From the NCBI GenBank assembly GCA_048939625.1, contig JBHLPH010000002.1:64001-128000 (forward strand): 64,000 bases of DNA, in the 5' to 3' direction. Made by a program: the position numbers and the translations under genes. The notes below the pieces were generated by a model. The model searched no databases. It was not told the origin of the DNA and saw only the letters and a program-made list of their open reading frames with translations. Positions 37,201 to 47,390 of the stretch are shown piece by piece. This DNA comes from Promethearchaeota archaeon (GTDB lineage Archaea; Asgardarchaeota; Hermodarchaeia; Hermodarchaeales; Hermodarchaeaceae). The stretch's first letter is position 1. Every line of letters begins with the position of its first letter.

Positions 37201-40200
37201 CACGTACTTGAAATGTAACATCAATTTGGTCTGAATCATAGTGTGTTTTGGATAAAGTGAAGGACACAGTGAAACCTTGGGTGCCTGCGGTCACTTTGGA
37301 GGTATTTAGAATGAACGTGTATGTACCATCGCCATTATCACTGAGCCAATAATCTATTCCAGGTAGGTTATCCATCCAAGAAAAGGTTATCACAGCACCT
37401 GAGATGCCAATATACCCATTATCACTGTCATTATACTTGAGCGTGATGACAACAGCAGTTCCCCAAGGAACTGAAGGATTTTCTGTTGAAGCCCAAGTAG
37501 CTGTATGGATTGAACGTACAGTGAGTTCATAATATTTTGAGTTGATTACGTAATTACTCTCATTAAACAAGACGGTGACATAATAGATAGTTTCTGAGAC
37601 ATCTCCTTGGAAAGTAACAGTGTAGGTTCCATCACCATTGTTAGCAATCGAATACTTTCCGCTAATGTACCCAGAAACGGTTACCGTAGCCCCTGTGATC
37701 GGAACAGATGTTGAGACCACGTCAGTATAATTGAACATAACTGAAAGGTCACCACCATACGGAAATTGGGCAGTGGTTGGAGAGTATGAACTTGTAAGTT
37801 GGGTGGCGCGTGCATCAATATTAACTTGAATTCGAATTGTTTGGGCTGCATGATCCGTAAAAGTGGCAGTCACATAAAGGTCAATTACACCAACGGAAAA
37901 AGCGTGCGTATCAAACGTGTATAAATAATATCCACTTCCAAGGTCAGTCAAGGGATATGATGAAGTATCGATGAGAATGTTGACAGTAGCAGATGCAATA
38001 CCATGATGAGGTAAGGCGCTGATATTCTCATAATAGACATTGATATTGAAAGTTTCATCCCAAAATACATGGACCTGATAACTATCGGTTACGTTGTTGT
38101 ATTCAGTCCATCCATCTCCAGTCCCAGTGGGAGGGTAGGTGATTGAGGTTCGAACTGCATCAAGATCGGTAGCCCAAGATACGACATTGATGATGATTGT
38201 GAAATTTTGTTGTTCAAATTCCCAAGAGGTTCCAATAATTCGCATGGTAACCTCATATTTGACTCGATGAACGTCACCAAAAGAGGGATCTTCTTTATAG
38301 AAAACACGAGTTGTAGCGTTTTGGCTGAAGCTCCCCGAGGCTAGGGAACTTCCAAAACCCGAGCCAGTGTCTTCATAATAGTCGTACTGAACCAAAACTG
38401 TTGGCCATAAAGAGGTCTTATTCAAGACATATGCTGATTGGAAGGGATCATAGAATTTAACCAAACTTGTGTAACCTTGGGATTTGGAAGTTTCAGCTGT
38501 AAATTCATCAGGGCCTGTTTGTTGGGTCGGTTTGATCATGGCATAGTTGATATTATTAACGAGATTAATTGTGAAATCGACTTGGGATCCTTCATCAGAG
38601 CTTGCGTTAACGTATCCGTATCGGTATAGTTCGACAGAGAAAGTTGCTGTCATGCTTGGTTGCATAAGACTAGTGGAAAATTCAGTGGAGTAGCCTCCCA
38701 GCCCATCCGCTGTCATACCTACGGTTTGTAATTGCATATTCCGGTCATAATAGCGAATTCTGGCACTGGCATCTCTGATGTATTCGCTCGTGTCGAGATT
38801 CTGCCATTTTACTTCGACTGTCACAGTGGAGCCAGAGATTACTCGTGTACCATCTGATGGAGTCACTTTGGTAGCAGTGGTCTCGATGGCAACGGTTATG
38901 AACTTTTCTCGCATTCCACATTGACTTGACGAGTTATAGGATACAGTGATAAGCCAGCCACTTCCCGCTGCTGAAGCATTTATTGTTGGAATCAACCATA
39001 TTTGACTAACCAAAGTGCCATTAGAATAAATGGTGGGATTGGTATCAGTTTGCCATAACGAGCTGTTTGGAAAGAAAATAGAGACTTCACCATCATTATC
39101 AATTGGATCCCAAGCTTGTAGTTCCGCCACAACACGGATATAATCACCTTTCACGAAGTAATCGTCCGTTGATTGCGTGGTCCAGCCCCCAATCCCTGTG
39201 GCGCTAATTTGAGGAGATATGCTTTCAATATAGTTCGTGCTGGAGGCAAAAATCGAGAAATCCTCATTCGGCCCAGGAACATCCTCATCGATTTTAATGA
39301 ATCGGCTTGAAGTGTTAAACTGATAATCGGAGATAGCGTCTCCTGTGTCATTTTCAACAGAGCTCAGAGCCCAACCAGGTTTTAAAAATAATCCAAATGT
39401 GTAGCCTAAATGACCTGAAGGTGGAAGAGAACTGGGTGTAGTGTAACTAACCTCCCATATTGGACTCGCATTGACAGGTGCAGTGAAATGAGTTGATGCA
39501 GCATCAAGTTTCTCAGTTTTTACATACATTGAGTAATGATAATGGAAGTTCAGGTTATATGGGGAGTTGAATTGAAAGACTTGTGTTGTTGACCAGCAAT
39601 TTGTAAGTAAAGCTTCATCTTTATTTGCTGGGTCAGCGTGAACTTCGACTTCGCCCTTATTATTGCCAGTATTAACGAAAGCCGTATTGTTCAAGGTTAG
39701 AGCCACTTCAGTTGGACTCCGCTGGGTTAGAATTCGATAACGGAAGTTGTCGAAATAGACATGACCAGTAAGCCAATTGGTTTTTCCCCCAGAATAAATA
39801 ATGGAGATCCGAAGCTTGGCTGACCCGTTGATGGGTGCTGTACTAAAACTTAGATGGTCCCAATTTGTTGGCGCATAGATGTCAGTGGTTTCTGACCACC
39901 CTCCAATTTCAGTTGTATGATAGATGAGGGCTACTCTAATTTGTAGTTCTTTTTTATGAGTTATAGTAGGTGAGTATTTGATGTCAAATTCGAGGGTTGA
40001 GTTGTAAGGTTGTTTATCTGAAGAGTAGGTGAACGTGTTGTCAAAGCGGGCTTCGGCGGCATTATCTTCCCATCTATCATCAATATTTATATCTAGACAA
40101 GGGGCAGGATTGCCTTCGAAAATAGTTGTACCCCAGTGTTCAACAATACCACGAGTATTGAGTTCTTCGGTCCAAGTGGTTCCTGGTTCAAATTGGTTGA

Positions 40201-40519
40201 ACTCTCCGTTCGGTACCGGATTGTGGATTTCAAAGAGATTAGTGACCTCAGCATGAAGTTGATAGCCACGATAAACTGTTGGGGTTTGTGGAAACCAGCT
40301 ACCAAGATAGCTAAATGCAGTATCATTGAGACCGTTCTGAAAGGTGAGGCTGCTTTCGTTTTTTGCAAACTCGTAAACATCGATTAATCCACCAACGCCC
40401 TCATAAGGAGAGTTTGGTGCTGCGGCTCCCAGTGGATTTGTAGTTAATCCGGATGGTGAGAGAATGATAACAGCGAAGAGTGCTACGATGGTAACCAGTC
40501 CTATCTTTAATCGGCTCAT
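34208..40519 (-). CDS. Giant single-pass surface protein 1 (about 2100 aa), Ig-like repeats, conserved cytoplasmic tail
   Basis: Signal-like N-terminus (start likely MSRLK 40519), repeated WG..I...Y.D / DNGDGTY modules, many NxS/T, a TM, then IPWVVRKMRKM...QMADGTRF. Confidence 0.9.
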   Translation of the reverse strand: MSRLKIGLVTIVALFAVIILSPSGLTTNPLGAAAPNSPYEGVGGLIDVYEFAKNESSLTFQNGLNDTAFSYLGSWFPQTPTVYRGYQLHAEVTNLFEIHNPVPNGEFNQFEPGTTWTEELNTRGIVEHWGTTIFEGNPAPCLDINIDDRWEDNAAEARFDNTFTYSSDKQPYNSTLEFDIKYSPTITHKKELQIRVALIYHTTEIGGWSETTDIYAPTNWDHLSFSTAPINGSAKLRISIIYSGGKTNWLTGHVYFDNFRYRILTQRSPTEVALTLNNTAFVNTGNNKGEVEVHADPANKDEALLTNCWSTTQVFQFNSPYNLNFHYHYSMYVKTEKLDAASTHFTAPVNASPIWEVSYTTPSSLPPSGHLGYTFGLFLKPGWALSSVENDTGDAISDYQFNTSSRFIKIDEDVPGPNEDFSIFASSTNYIESISPQISATGIGGWTTQSTDDYFVKGDYIRVVAELQAWDPIDNDGEVSIFFPNSSLWQTDTNPTIYSNGTLVSQIWLIPTINASAAGSGWLITVSYNSSSQCGMREKFITVAIETTATKVTPSDGTRVISGSTVTVEVKWQNLDTSEYIRDASARIRYYDRNMQLQTVGMTADGLGGYSTEFSTSLMQPSMTATFSVELYRYGYVNASSDEGSQVDFTINLVNNINYAMIKPTQQTGPDEFTAETSKSQGYTSLVKFYDPFQSAYVLNKTSLWPTVLVQYDYYEDTGSGFGSSLASGSFSQNATTRVFYKEDPSFGDVHRVKYEVTMRIIGTSWEFEQQNFTIIINVVSWATDLDAVRTSITYPPTGTGDGWTEYNNVTDSYQVHVFWDETFNINVYYENISALPHHGIASATVNILIDTSSYPLTDLGSGYYLYTFDTHAFSVGVIDLYVTATFTDHAAQTIRIQVNIDARATQLTSSYSPTTAQFPYGGDLSVMFNYTDVVSTSVPITGATVTVSGYISGKYSIANNGDGTYTVTFQGDVSETIYYVTVLFNESNYVINSKYYELTVRSIHTATWASTENPSVPWGTAVVITLKYNDSDNGYIGISGAVITFSWMDNLPGIDYWLSDNGDGTYTFILNTSKVTAGTQGFTVSFTLSKTHYDSDQIDVTFQVRDIQTTLFIVDAKVMGQTTTSIPWGEPLTIIIHYNDTENELQISSASISCNWNASYWDVYHNATDNAYYLTIYTDNSIEGSYTIQIYAIKSHYANGFNIQSFVIREIQTSLSALPSYVASWPWGDNLTIRLTYQDLDHGGTYIPYATTTTDWDIGFYTFYDYGNGTYLLVLNTTNRVIGQHAVQITLSDSHLSPHFAERTITILLTLDPIPILIDIISPLSGQNITWYNDMQILTVNVTDHLGRPINTGTAVYAWAGRPNVTMTFLGNGIWTATFLADAEPGSWIVTIIATNPPNYRIGSASIALIIQETTTQLEQITPFPVTTIANTSFTFLVNFTTTNGQPIEGATVTYSFGPHNGVFIDETQGVYNATISSTGMGVGSYTLYISASKATMQTQWIQVTVHLSLIPCSLDPEAPVVNVDWGDDFTVNAYFYNISGSPISSANITFNWAEQTGSLLPNGSLGWYTITLSSTFYPADSFYALTLTADHPSYEYRIAIVTVNIRRQSTDLVLMQAEAHYQTTTRTLNTTPWEIPWGDTLVLYFNYTDKNGLSIPNATGVYNWGFGTGPLEYIDGFYVASIDLTGVTPASYQLTITMSKQNYETRRSSTFELIVTKFQTEITILEGVTSVTAGALFRLVLYISDSFHQLPVTHANVSLSCESLRIFNLPFENHNNGNYSIFFSIPQPGRHEFVVHVEVDDRFTINDEPITFFAETNPVVQNVINIGAIIAVLGIIILVTWLAYVRVYSIPWVVRKMRKMARTISKGQTPSLSKGEIGRISSRPDIMQEIVETAYRTVGLGGASVVIPAEIDWSEREAEEDAIWAQLKALPFIEYEQKLELFQQMKLIAPSERVWFVEDLRKQMADGTRFDRKIKEPELDEDLETLLRARLALFPALSDIEKTRIAAQLRKLPKEDWNEIFETLAMSHAPQTVQAPEPLGPAELPSLTKEEREKLMEEIKDLTEDERQKVLKTLREKRDDDAPKGKRIKGKKDFVIDGEKQ

Positions 40520-40898
40520 GCACCACACCTCATCGAAGATATCCCAATCGGTCAAAAAGCAAAGCTAGTTGCCGATCAATAATATATGTTGCAAGGAACT
40601 TTATGAGTATTTTCTGAATTATTCATCTAGACAACATAGCGGACATACTATGATTTTGTTTTGCAGAGATAGTTTGTTTACATTCTACCTAAGTCTTTAT
40701 TCTTCAGTAAAATCAGCAGTTATTAAGCCTCAGTCTTAAGGGGGAAGAGATGTCTGAACCAAATCAGATCCGAACTGCTGCGTTGCCAGATTAAGAACCG
40801 GATACAGGTAATACAATTTAACACCAAATTAGAAGTGGTCTTGGGGTTGTTTTTGCAATTATTTTCAACACTTATCTTAATCGAATTATCCATCGAAT

Positions 40899-43800
40899 TT
40901 ATTGTTCATCGTCTGGCTCGTCAACTTGAAATCTTTTTTTGCCTTTCACGACTTTCCCTTCTGCAGTGTCCTTAGTTTTCTTCTCCCGAAATGTTTGTAG
41001 AACCTTGTGGCGTTCTTCCTCAGTGAGATCCTTCAATTCTTCGAGTAATTTGTGGCGTTCTTCCTCAGTTATTGTTGGTAATTCATCTGGTCGGAGTATT
41101 TCATCATCTGAGACAACCTGGGGCTTCTCAGCGATGGCTAGAGTGCTAAAGATTTCACTCCATTCTTCTTGGGGGACGTTGCGAAGTTGTTTGGCAATCC
41201 GTTCTTTTTCGTTAGAACTTAATTGAGGGAATTGTTTCAACCGGTCTTGTATTTCCTTTTCTAGTTCGGGAGACAAAGTGGGTTCTTTGGCTTTGCGGGC
41301 AAATCTGGTGCCGTCGGCCATTTGTTGTTTCAGGTCTTCGATGAACCACACACGTTCTGAGGCTGGTATTCGTTTCATTTCCTGAAATAATTCGAGTTTC
41401 TGATCGTGTTCGATATAGGGTAATTTCTTTAATTCAGCCCAGATGGCTTCATCTTCAGCATATCGTTCCTCGTAATCTAAGACAGCGGGAAGCACAGTGG
41501 AAGGAATTGGAATTTGAATGGTCTCGTATGCGGGTTCGATAATTTGGGTCATTAATTCAGGTCGAGCGCCTATACGACCTACATCACCCTTTGAGAGTTT
41601 AGGCGTTTTGCCTTTACCAATGGTGCGGCTCATTTTTCGCATTTTCCGGACCAGCCAAGGGATGGCAAGAACTCGCGTGTATGCGAGCCAAAAAATGATT
41701 ATGAGTATCCCTATTACTGCGGCAATGAGGCCGATTTGAATTGAGGTTTGAACCATTTGACTTAGTGTGACCACAACAACGATGTTTTCTGTTGAAGAGC
41801 TATATTGTAAACCGCCAAGGGCGTTTATTTCAATGTGGAGTGTGTCAGCAAGGAAAAGAGGTAGAACTGTGAATGAATAATATCCATTTCCGCTGTCAAC
41901 CATGTATTGTCTATCAATACCAAGTTCTGGAATGGTCACTGTGAGATTGCCCCCAATTATTGGTAGATTGTGGTAAGTATCATTATAGTAGACTACTAAA
42001 CTCCAAGATGTACCAGTGTCCACTGTTCCAGGATCTGTGATAACTTGGATTTCGGTGGGAACACGGATAACGAATAAATCATAGCGAGGACTTTGCCCAG
42101 TTGCGTAGTTTTGTAAGGTCAATGTGACTTGGATTGAATAGGAGCCAGGAGCAGCTAGCGTTAGATTTAGGGTAGCGACATAGAAGCCATTTTCATATAC
42201 AAGGAGGCCTATGCCGTAATCCCAACTGTAGGATCCTGTTGCACCATCTATTGTTGTGTTGGTTGCGTCTGTGAAGTTGAAGTATAACGTGAGAATTTCA
42301 CCCCGAGGAACAATCCAAGTAATTCCTGTCAAATTTGTTACAATATCTTGTGGTGCGAAATAGGTTTGAATTAGTACTAGGTCCAGGGTCGTCGGTTGTG
42401 CACGAATAAAAATCTCAGCAGAGGTAATAGCAAAGTCATATCCTTCGTGATCAACGGTAAGAGTTACTTGCCAGTGTCCTTCGGTGTAGATTGTAGAAGG
42501 TAATAATGTGATGTACCATCCAGATGTTCCATTTGGTTGAAGTATTCCAATCAGCGTGCCCCAGATATACGTGATGTTTGCTCCATCAATGGGTAAATCA
42601 TGATGGGTGTCTTTGAAGAATACTTGAATTGTGAAATTTGATCCATAATATACCTCCTGGATGCTCGGAAAAGCTTGGAGTTCTGTTGGAATTAGCATTA
42701 GTGTCACGCTTATGGTCGTTGTTCGTTCGATGGCATTTGGCCCTCCGGCTGTGACATAGATGATATATTGGGCTTTTGTTAAACCAGCGCTAGTTAGCGT
42801 GGCATTATAGATATTGTTCCCAACAAATAGGAGGAATCCCGTTCGGTTAGATGCCCAAAGGTATGTTACAGTGGCATCCACAATGCCTGTGCCATAAATT
42901 GTTGTGAAGTTAAGTGATATTTCGAAGCTTTCGCCTACAACGACTTGGATACTTGAGGTTATTGGGCTAAGAATAGTGTCAGTGGGTAGGATATTAAGCA
43001 TGATGAATCCGGTACCGATTTGGTAGCCAGTTTTGTTTGCTTGAATAGTTACGACATAGGCTCCTGTATCTGCGGCGGCTCCAAAAGAGACGTTGTATAC
43101 TCCAGCTCCGACAAATACCATAGTTCCATTTCCTCCTAGCCAATGGTATGAGGTCATAGAGTCATTCATTAGTCGTCCATACAGGTCTGTGACACGCGCT
43201 GTGATTACTACCAATTCAGTCGAGTTATAAGTAGTCGTAACTGGTGAGGAGGAAATAACTTCAACAAATAGCGGAATGGGTACTAAGGTGAGAGAGACTA
43301 TTATGGTTCGTTGTGCAAAGTGGTCTCGCCAGAGTGTAATATTAACGGAATGGGTTCCAACGCCTCGACAAGTAGTGTTAAGAATTAAATCGTAGGTACC
43401 ATTTCCATAGTAGATAATAGCATAATAGCTGGCATTCCAGTCGGTGGCAACTTCAGCAAAGGGTACTTGTCCTCCATGGTCTGTATCATTGTAGTCGATG
43501 CGGATTGTTATATTGAAGCTTAAAGGCCAATTCGGGATATAATCAGGATCCGCTTCAAGAGTTGTTTGGATTTTCCGTATAACAAAATTTTCAATTATTG
43601 AAAAGTCTTGGTAGTGAGCCTTGCTGGCACTTATCGTGACTGTATAACTTCCTTCTAATCGGCTTGCTGTTTGGATAATAAGCACATAAGCCTGTAGGGT
43701 AGTGTTATAGTAATAGCTCCAATAAAATTCGTCCCAATCACAGTCAATGCTGGCTCCAGGAATTGGAGAACCACTATCATCTAGATTAGAGTATGTAAAA

Positions 43801-46800
43801 ACAATGACTAGGTTATCACCCCAGGGAACGGTGGTTCCTGGATCAAGGGATTGCCGCTGTAGTACAGTGAGATTATCACGGACTTGGAAGGACACAAAAA
43901 CATCAGCAGTGTTGTAATGATTTTTGCCTAAGGTAATGATAAGCGTAAATGGATGCATACCCGATCCTACTCGTGTTGTATTGAGAATCAAAGTATAGGA
44001 TCCATCAGGATTATAGAATAGCCAATAATCGATGCCTAGAATATCAGTTGAAGAGTTAAAGAATCCAGTGGTTGAAACGTATGCCAAATCTGCTCCATAA
44101 ACGGGAATAATGCCGTGGTCGGTGTCATTGTATGATAACGTGATAGTTACATTTTGGCTCCAAGGAATTGAAACCGAGTCAGCAAGACCGAACCCAGTGG
44201 TTTGTATCGGGCGTACCGTAATTTCAAAGTACTTAGATTGAGTTGTACAATTGGTGCGGCTGAACATGACAGTTACATAGTAAGTGGTTTCGGTAATGTT
44301 TCCCCAGAATGTAATGGTATAAGTTCCATCCCCATTATTAGAGACAGTAAAGTTACCACTAGGATAACCTAGTATGGATTCAACAGCATCGGTTATTGAA
44401 GAAGGAATACCTGTAACAATATCGCTGAACGTAAAGGTTACGGTGAAATCATCCTCATACGGAAGATCAACTAAGGAGCTAAAATAGTCCTTCGAGAGTT
44501 CTGTTTTCCGTGCTTCGACAATCATTCTAATCTGAATTGTTTGGGATGCAAAGGTGGGATAGCTTGCATTCACTAAAATATCAGTGATTCCAAGTCCAAC
44601 ATCATTGGTGTCTAGTATGATGCCATAATACCCATTTGAGAGCGAATTTAGGGTTCGTTTCGACGTTCCAATCATGAGATGTGCTGTCGCACCCGGAATT
44701 CCCGTGCCGTTCTCTGCGAAGTGATAAAACACTGTGATATTAAAATTTTCATTCCAATAGAGACGCACTTCGTATGTATCAGTATTGTTGTTATATTGGC
44801 TCCATCCATCACCGGATGGTGGATATGAGGTTGTTGTTCGCACGGCATCCATGTCTGTAGCGATTAGAACAATTTGGATGATAATTGTGAAGTTTTGCTG
44901 TTGATAATCCCATGCTGCGTTTTCAATTCGCATAGTGACTTCATATTTTACTCGTGTAACACCAGAATATTGGGAATCAACCTTCTCGAAAATAGTTGGA
45001 GCAGAAGCGTTAGGAGTGAAACTTCCTTGAGCAATATAAGTCCAGTCGGGTTCGGACCAATGATAGCGAGTAAAGTTTACCCGCACTTTTTCATTCCATG
45101 CTCCTGTATCATTACGCACATAGGCTTGTTCATATAAATCGTAGAATTTAACTTGGCTAATATAGCCTTCAGCACTGGTTGTTTCTGCCGTATATTCAGT
45201 GGGCCCTGTTTGCTGGGAAGGTCGAATCAATGTGTATTCTAAATCATTAACTAAATTGATCGTGTAGCGGAGTTGGGTTCCTGTCACGTTCACATATCCA
45301 TAATGGAATAATTCAACAAAGAATTCAGCAGCCCGATCAGGACTCATCAAATTTGTGCTAAAGTCTAGCTCATATGCACCTTGGCCATTTGCGGTCATAT
45401 TTTCATATCGGGTTTGGAGATTACGATCAATGTATCGAATCCGTGCAGAAGCACCCGGGATGAATGCTCCAGTATCATTGTTCGCCCAGGTTACATTTAC
45501 AAAGACTGTTTCCCCCCAGAGAACACGCGTGCCTGGGTCGGGATCGATTTTTTCTACAGCTGTCTCGATGGCGACTGTGAAGAATTGTGCACGCATACCA
45601 CATTGTGTGTCATTATCAAAGGAGATAGAAATCTGCCACTTACTACCTGCATTATCTGTGTCGATTTGGTTGATTTGCCACGCTGAGCTCGTAATGGTAG
45701 CCTTAGTTGAATCAATTGTCGGGGAGGAATCAGTATTCCAAAGCGTTCCGTTGGGATAGAATATCGACACATCGGCGGTATTATCTGAAGATCCGATGGG
45801 TCGTAATGTAGCAAGGATTCTTAGCCAGTCATCCTTTAGATAATAGTCATTTGAGGATAGATTGGTCCAAGGACCAGATCCACTGCTACTCTTTTGGGGG
45901 TATATTTCCAAGACATAATTCAGGCTAGAAGCAATAATTCGGAATGTGTCACCGACAGAGGCTAGACCTTCATTGAATTTGAAGAACTGACTGGTTGTGT
46001 TATAGGTGTATTGGCTTATGGGAATAATATCATTAGTACCATTTCTTACCTCAATGAGGTTCCAAGTTGAACGTAAGTACAAACCAAAACTATAGCCCGT
46101 ATATCCATCGGGAGGACGTGAGTCTGGAATTGTATAGTTGATATGCCAAGAGGGGAGTTCATCGGCAATCGTTGAGAAATCGGTAGAGGCCGCAGCAAGA
46201 TTCTCACTCTTTATGTACATGGAATATTCGTAATGAAAGCTGATGTCACCGTAAGTAGACGAACTGAATTCAAAGAAGCTATCCGAAGCCCAGCATGATG
46301 CTAAGGGTATCTGATCTTTTGAGCTTGGATCAGCATAAATGTCAACTTCTCCTGCATTGCCCACAGTATCGGAGATTGCGGTTCCGTTAAGAGACAATCC
46401 TACTTCACTAGGCTTACTGTCTGTGCCAATGACGTATTGAAAATTATCAAAGTAAATATGTCCTTTTGTGTTAGCACCGCCACCACCCTGTTTTTCAATC
46501 GTGATGCGAATAGTCACGGTTCCATTGACTGCAGCTGTTAGAAAACTGAGAGAATCCCAAGTTGTTGGATTATAGAGATCAGTCGTATTCGTCCAGCTTC
46601 CAACTTCTGAAGCTTGGTATCTGACTGATACTTTGATATGTAACCATCCGGCTTGGGAAATATCTTGAGAAAAGCGGATATCAAAATATAGACGAAGGCT
46701 ATCCGGGGTGATGGATGAAGTATAGGTAAAGTCGTTATCTATCCAAGCGTAGGCAGTATTTGGAACATTTCCATATTTTAGTTCAGCGTCAAGACAATAA

Positions 46801-47219
46801 CCAGGATTCCCACCAGTCGCATTATCAATTGATTTGACCAATCCACCTGTAGAATCTTTTAATGTCCAATTATTCCCAGGTTCATCATATTGGTCAAAAT
46901 CACCGTTGGGGACAGGGTCTTCTGTTCGGCGAAGGTTAGACACTAATGTGTGTAAGTGATAACCATAATATGTTGTAGGACTCGTGGGGTACCAGCTACT
47001 AAGATACGAAAATGTAGTGCCATTAATTCCATTTGTAAAGAGGGTACTGTCATTTTTTGCAAATTCTGTTACATCGAGGTAATCACCCAAACCTTCATAG
47101 GGAGAATTTGGAGGTGCAGCAGCCCGCACAGAATGATCTGGTGTCATTTCGTTTGGTTGAGAGAAGAGAATCAGAGCCATAAACAAAAAAATCGTTAAAA
47201 GACCCACTTTTTTATCCAT
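40899..47219 (-). CDS. Giant single-pass surface protein 2 (about 2100 aa), full-length paralog of protein 1
   Basis: Colinear with protein 1 (PNSPYEG, EFAKN, QCGMR, QQTGP) and shares the tail. Start likely MDKK 47219. Confidence 0.9.
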   Translation of the reverse strand: MDKKVGLLTIFLFMALILFSQPNEMTPDHSVRAAAPPNSPYEGLGDYLDVTEFAKNDSTLFTNGINGTTFSYLSSWYPTSPTTYYGYHLHTLVSNLRRTEDPVPNGDFDQYDEPGNNWTLKDSTGGLVKSIDNATGGNPGYCLDAELKYGNVPNTAYAWIDNDFTYTSSITPDSLRLYFDIRFSQDISQAGWLHIKVSVRYQASEVGSWTNTTDLYNPTTWDSLSFLTAAVNGTVTIRITIEKQGGGGANTKGHIYFDNFQYVIGTDSKPSEVGLSLNGTAISDTVGNAGEVDIYADPSSKDQIPLASCWASDSFFEFSSSTYGDISFHYEYSMYIKSENLAAASTDFSTIADELPSWHINYTIPDSRPPDGYTGYSFGLYLRSTWNLIEVRNGTNDIIPISQYTYNTTSQFFKFNEGLASVGDTFRIIASSLNYVLEIYPQKSSSGSGPWTNLSSNDYYLKDDWLRILATLRPIGSSDNTADVSIFYPNGTLWNTDSSPTIDSTKATITSSAWQINQIDTDNAGSKWQISISFDNDTQCGMRAQFFTVAIETAVEKIDPDPGTRVLWGETVFVNVTWANNDTGAFIPGASARIRYIDRNLQTRYENMTANGQGAYELDFSTNLMSPDRAAEFFVELFHYGYVNVTGTQLRYTINLVNDLEYTLIRPSQQTGPTEYTAETTSAEGYISQVKFYDLYEQAYVRNDTGAWNEKVRVNFTRYHWSEPDWTYIAQGSFTPNASAPTIFEKVDSQYSGVTRVKYEVTMRIENAAWDYQQQNFTIIIQIVLIATDMDAVRTTTSYPPSGDGWSQYNNNTDTYEVRLYWNENFNITVFYHFAENGTGIPGATAHLMIGTSKRTLNSLSNGYYGIILDTNDVGLGITDILVNASYPTFASQTIQIRMIVEARKTELSKDYFSSLVDLPYEDDFTVTFTFSDIVTGIPSSITDAVESILGYPSGNFTVSNNGDGTYTITFWGNITETTYYVTVMFSRTNCTTQSKYFEITVRPIQTTGFGLADSVSIPWSQNVTITLSYNDTDHGIIPVYGADLAYVSTTGFFNSSTDILGIDYWLFYNPDGSYTLILNTTRVGSGMHPFTLIITLGKNHYNTADVFVSFQVRDNLTVLQRQSLDPGTTVPWGDNLVIVFTYSNLDDSGSPIPGASIDCDWDEFYWSYYYNTTLQAYVLIIQTASRLEGSYTVTISASKAHYQDFSIIENFVIRKIQTTLEADPDYIPNWPLSFNITIRIDYNDTDHGGQVPFAEVATDWNASYYAIIYYGNGTYDLILNTTCRGVGTHSVNITLWRDHFAQRTIIVSLTLVPIPLFVEVISSSPVTTTYNSTELVVITARVTDLYGRLMNDSMTSYHWLGGNGTMVFVGAGVYNVSFGAAADTGAYVVTIQANKTGYQIGTGFIMLNILPTDTILSPITSSIQVVVGESFEISLNFTTIYGTGIVDATVTYLWASNRTGFLLFVGNNIYNATLTSAGLTKAQYIIYVTAGGPNAIERTTTISVTLMLIPTELQAFPSIQEVYYGSNFTIQVFFKDTHHDLPIDGANITYIWGTLIGILQPNGTSGWYITLLPSTIYTEGHWQVTLTVDHEGYDFAITSAEIFIRAQPTTLDLVLIQTYFAPQDIVTNLTGITWIVPRGEILTLYFNFTDATNTTIDGATGSYSWDYGIGLLVYENGFYVATLNLTLAAPGSYSIQVTLTLQNYATGQSPRYDLFVIRVPTEIQVITDPGTVDTGTSWSLVVYYNDTYHNLPIIGGNLTVTIPELGIDRQYMVDSGNGYYSFTVLPLFLADTLHIEINALGGLQYSSSTENIVVVVTLSQMVQTSIQIGLIAAVIGILIIIFWLAYTRVLAIPWLVRKMRKMSRTIGKGKTPKLSKGDVGRIGARPELMTQIIEPAYETIQIPIPSTVLPAVLDYEERYAEDEAIWAELKKLPYIEHDQKLELFQEMKRIPASERVWFIEDLKQQMADGTRFARKAKEPTLSPELEKEIQDRLKQFPQLSSNEKERIAKQLRNVPQEEWSEIFSTLAIAEKPQVVSDDEILRPDELPTITEEERHKLLEELKDLTEEERHKVLQTFREKKTKDTAEGKVVKGKKRFQVDEPDDEQ

Positions 47220-47390
47220 TTTAATACACCCTATTCTCAAATTGATGAATTTACTGTTGAATACCCCGCTAAATTAAGAACATACTTTTGAGGTTTTATC
47301 AGTTTTTCTTGAAATGTTTCTTTTACAAAATAATATCGTGGAATAAATATTAAGGGATGAGAGTGCAAGTCGCACCCTCATTAAGATATG

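Noticed and set aside
40750-40794. Mini-ORF MSEPNQIRTAALPD with a G-rich SD-like element between giant genes 1 and 2
   Set aside because: Too short to support; may be chance or a gene remnant.
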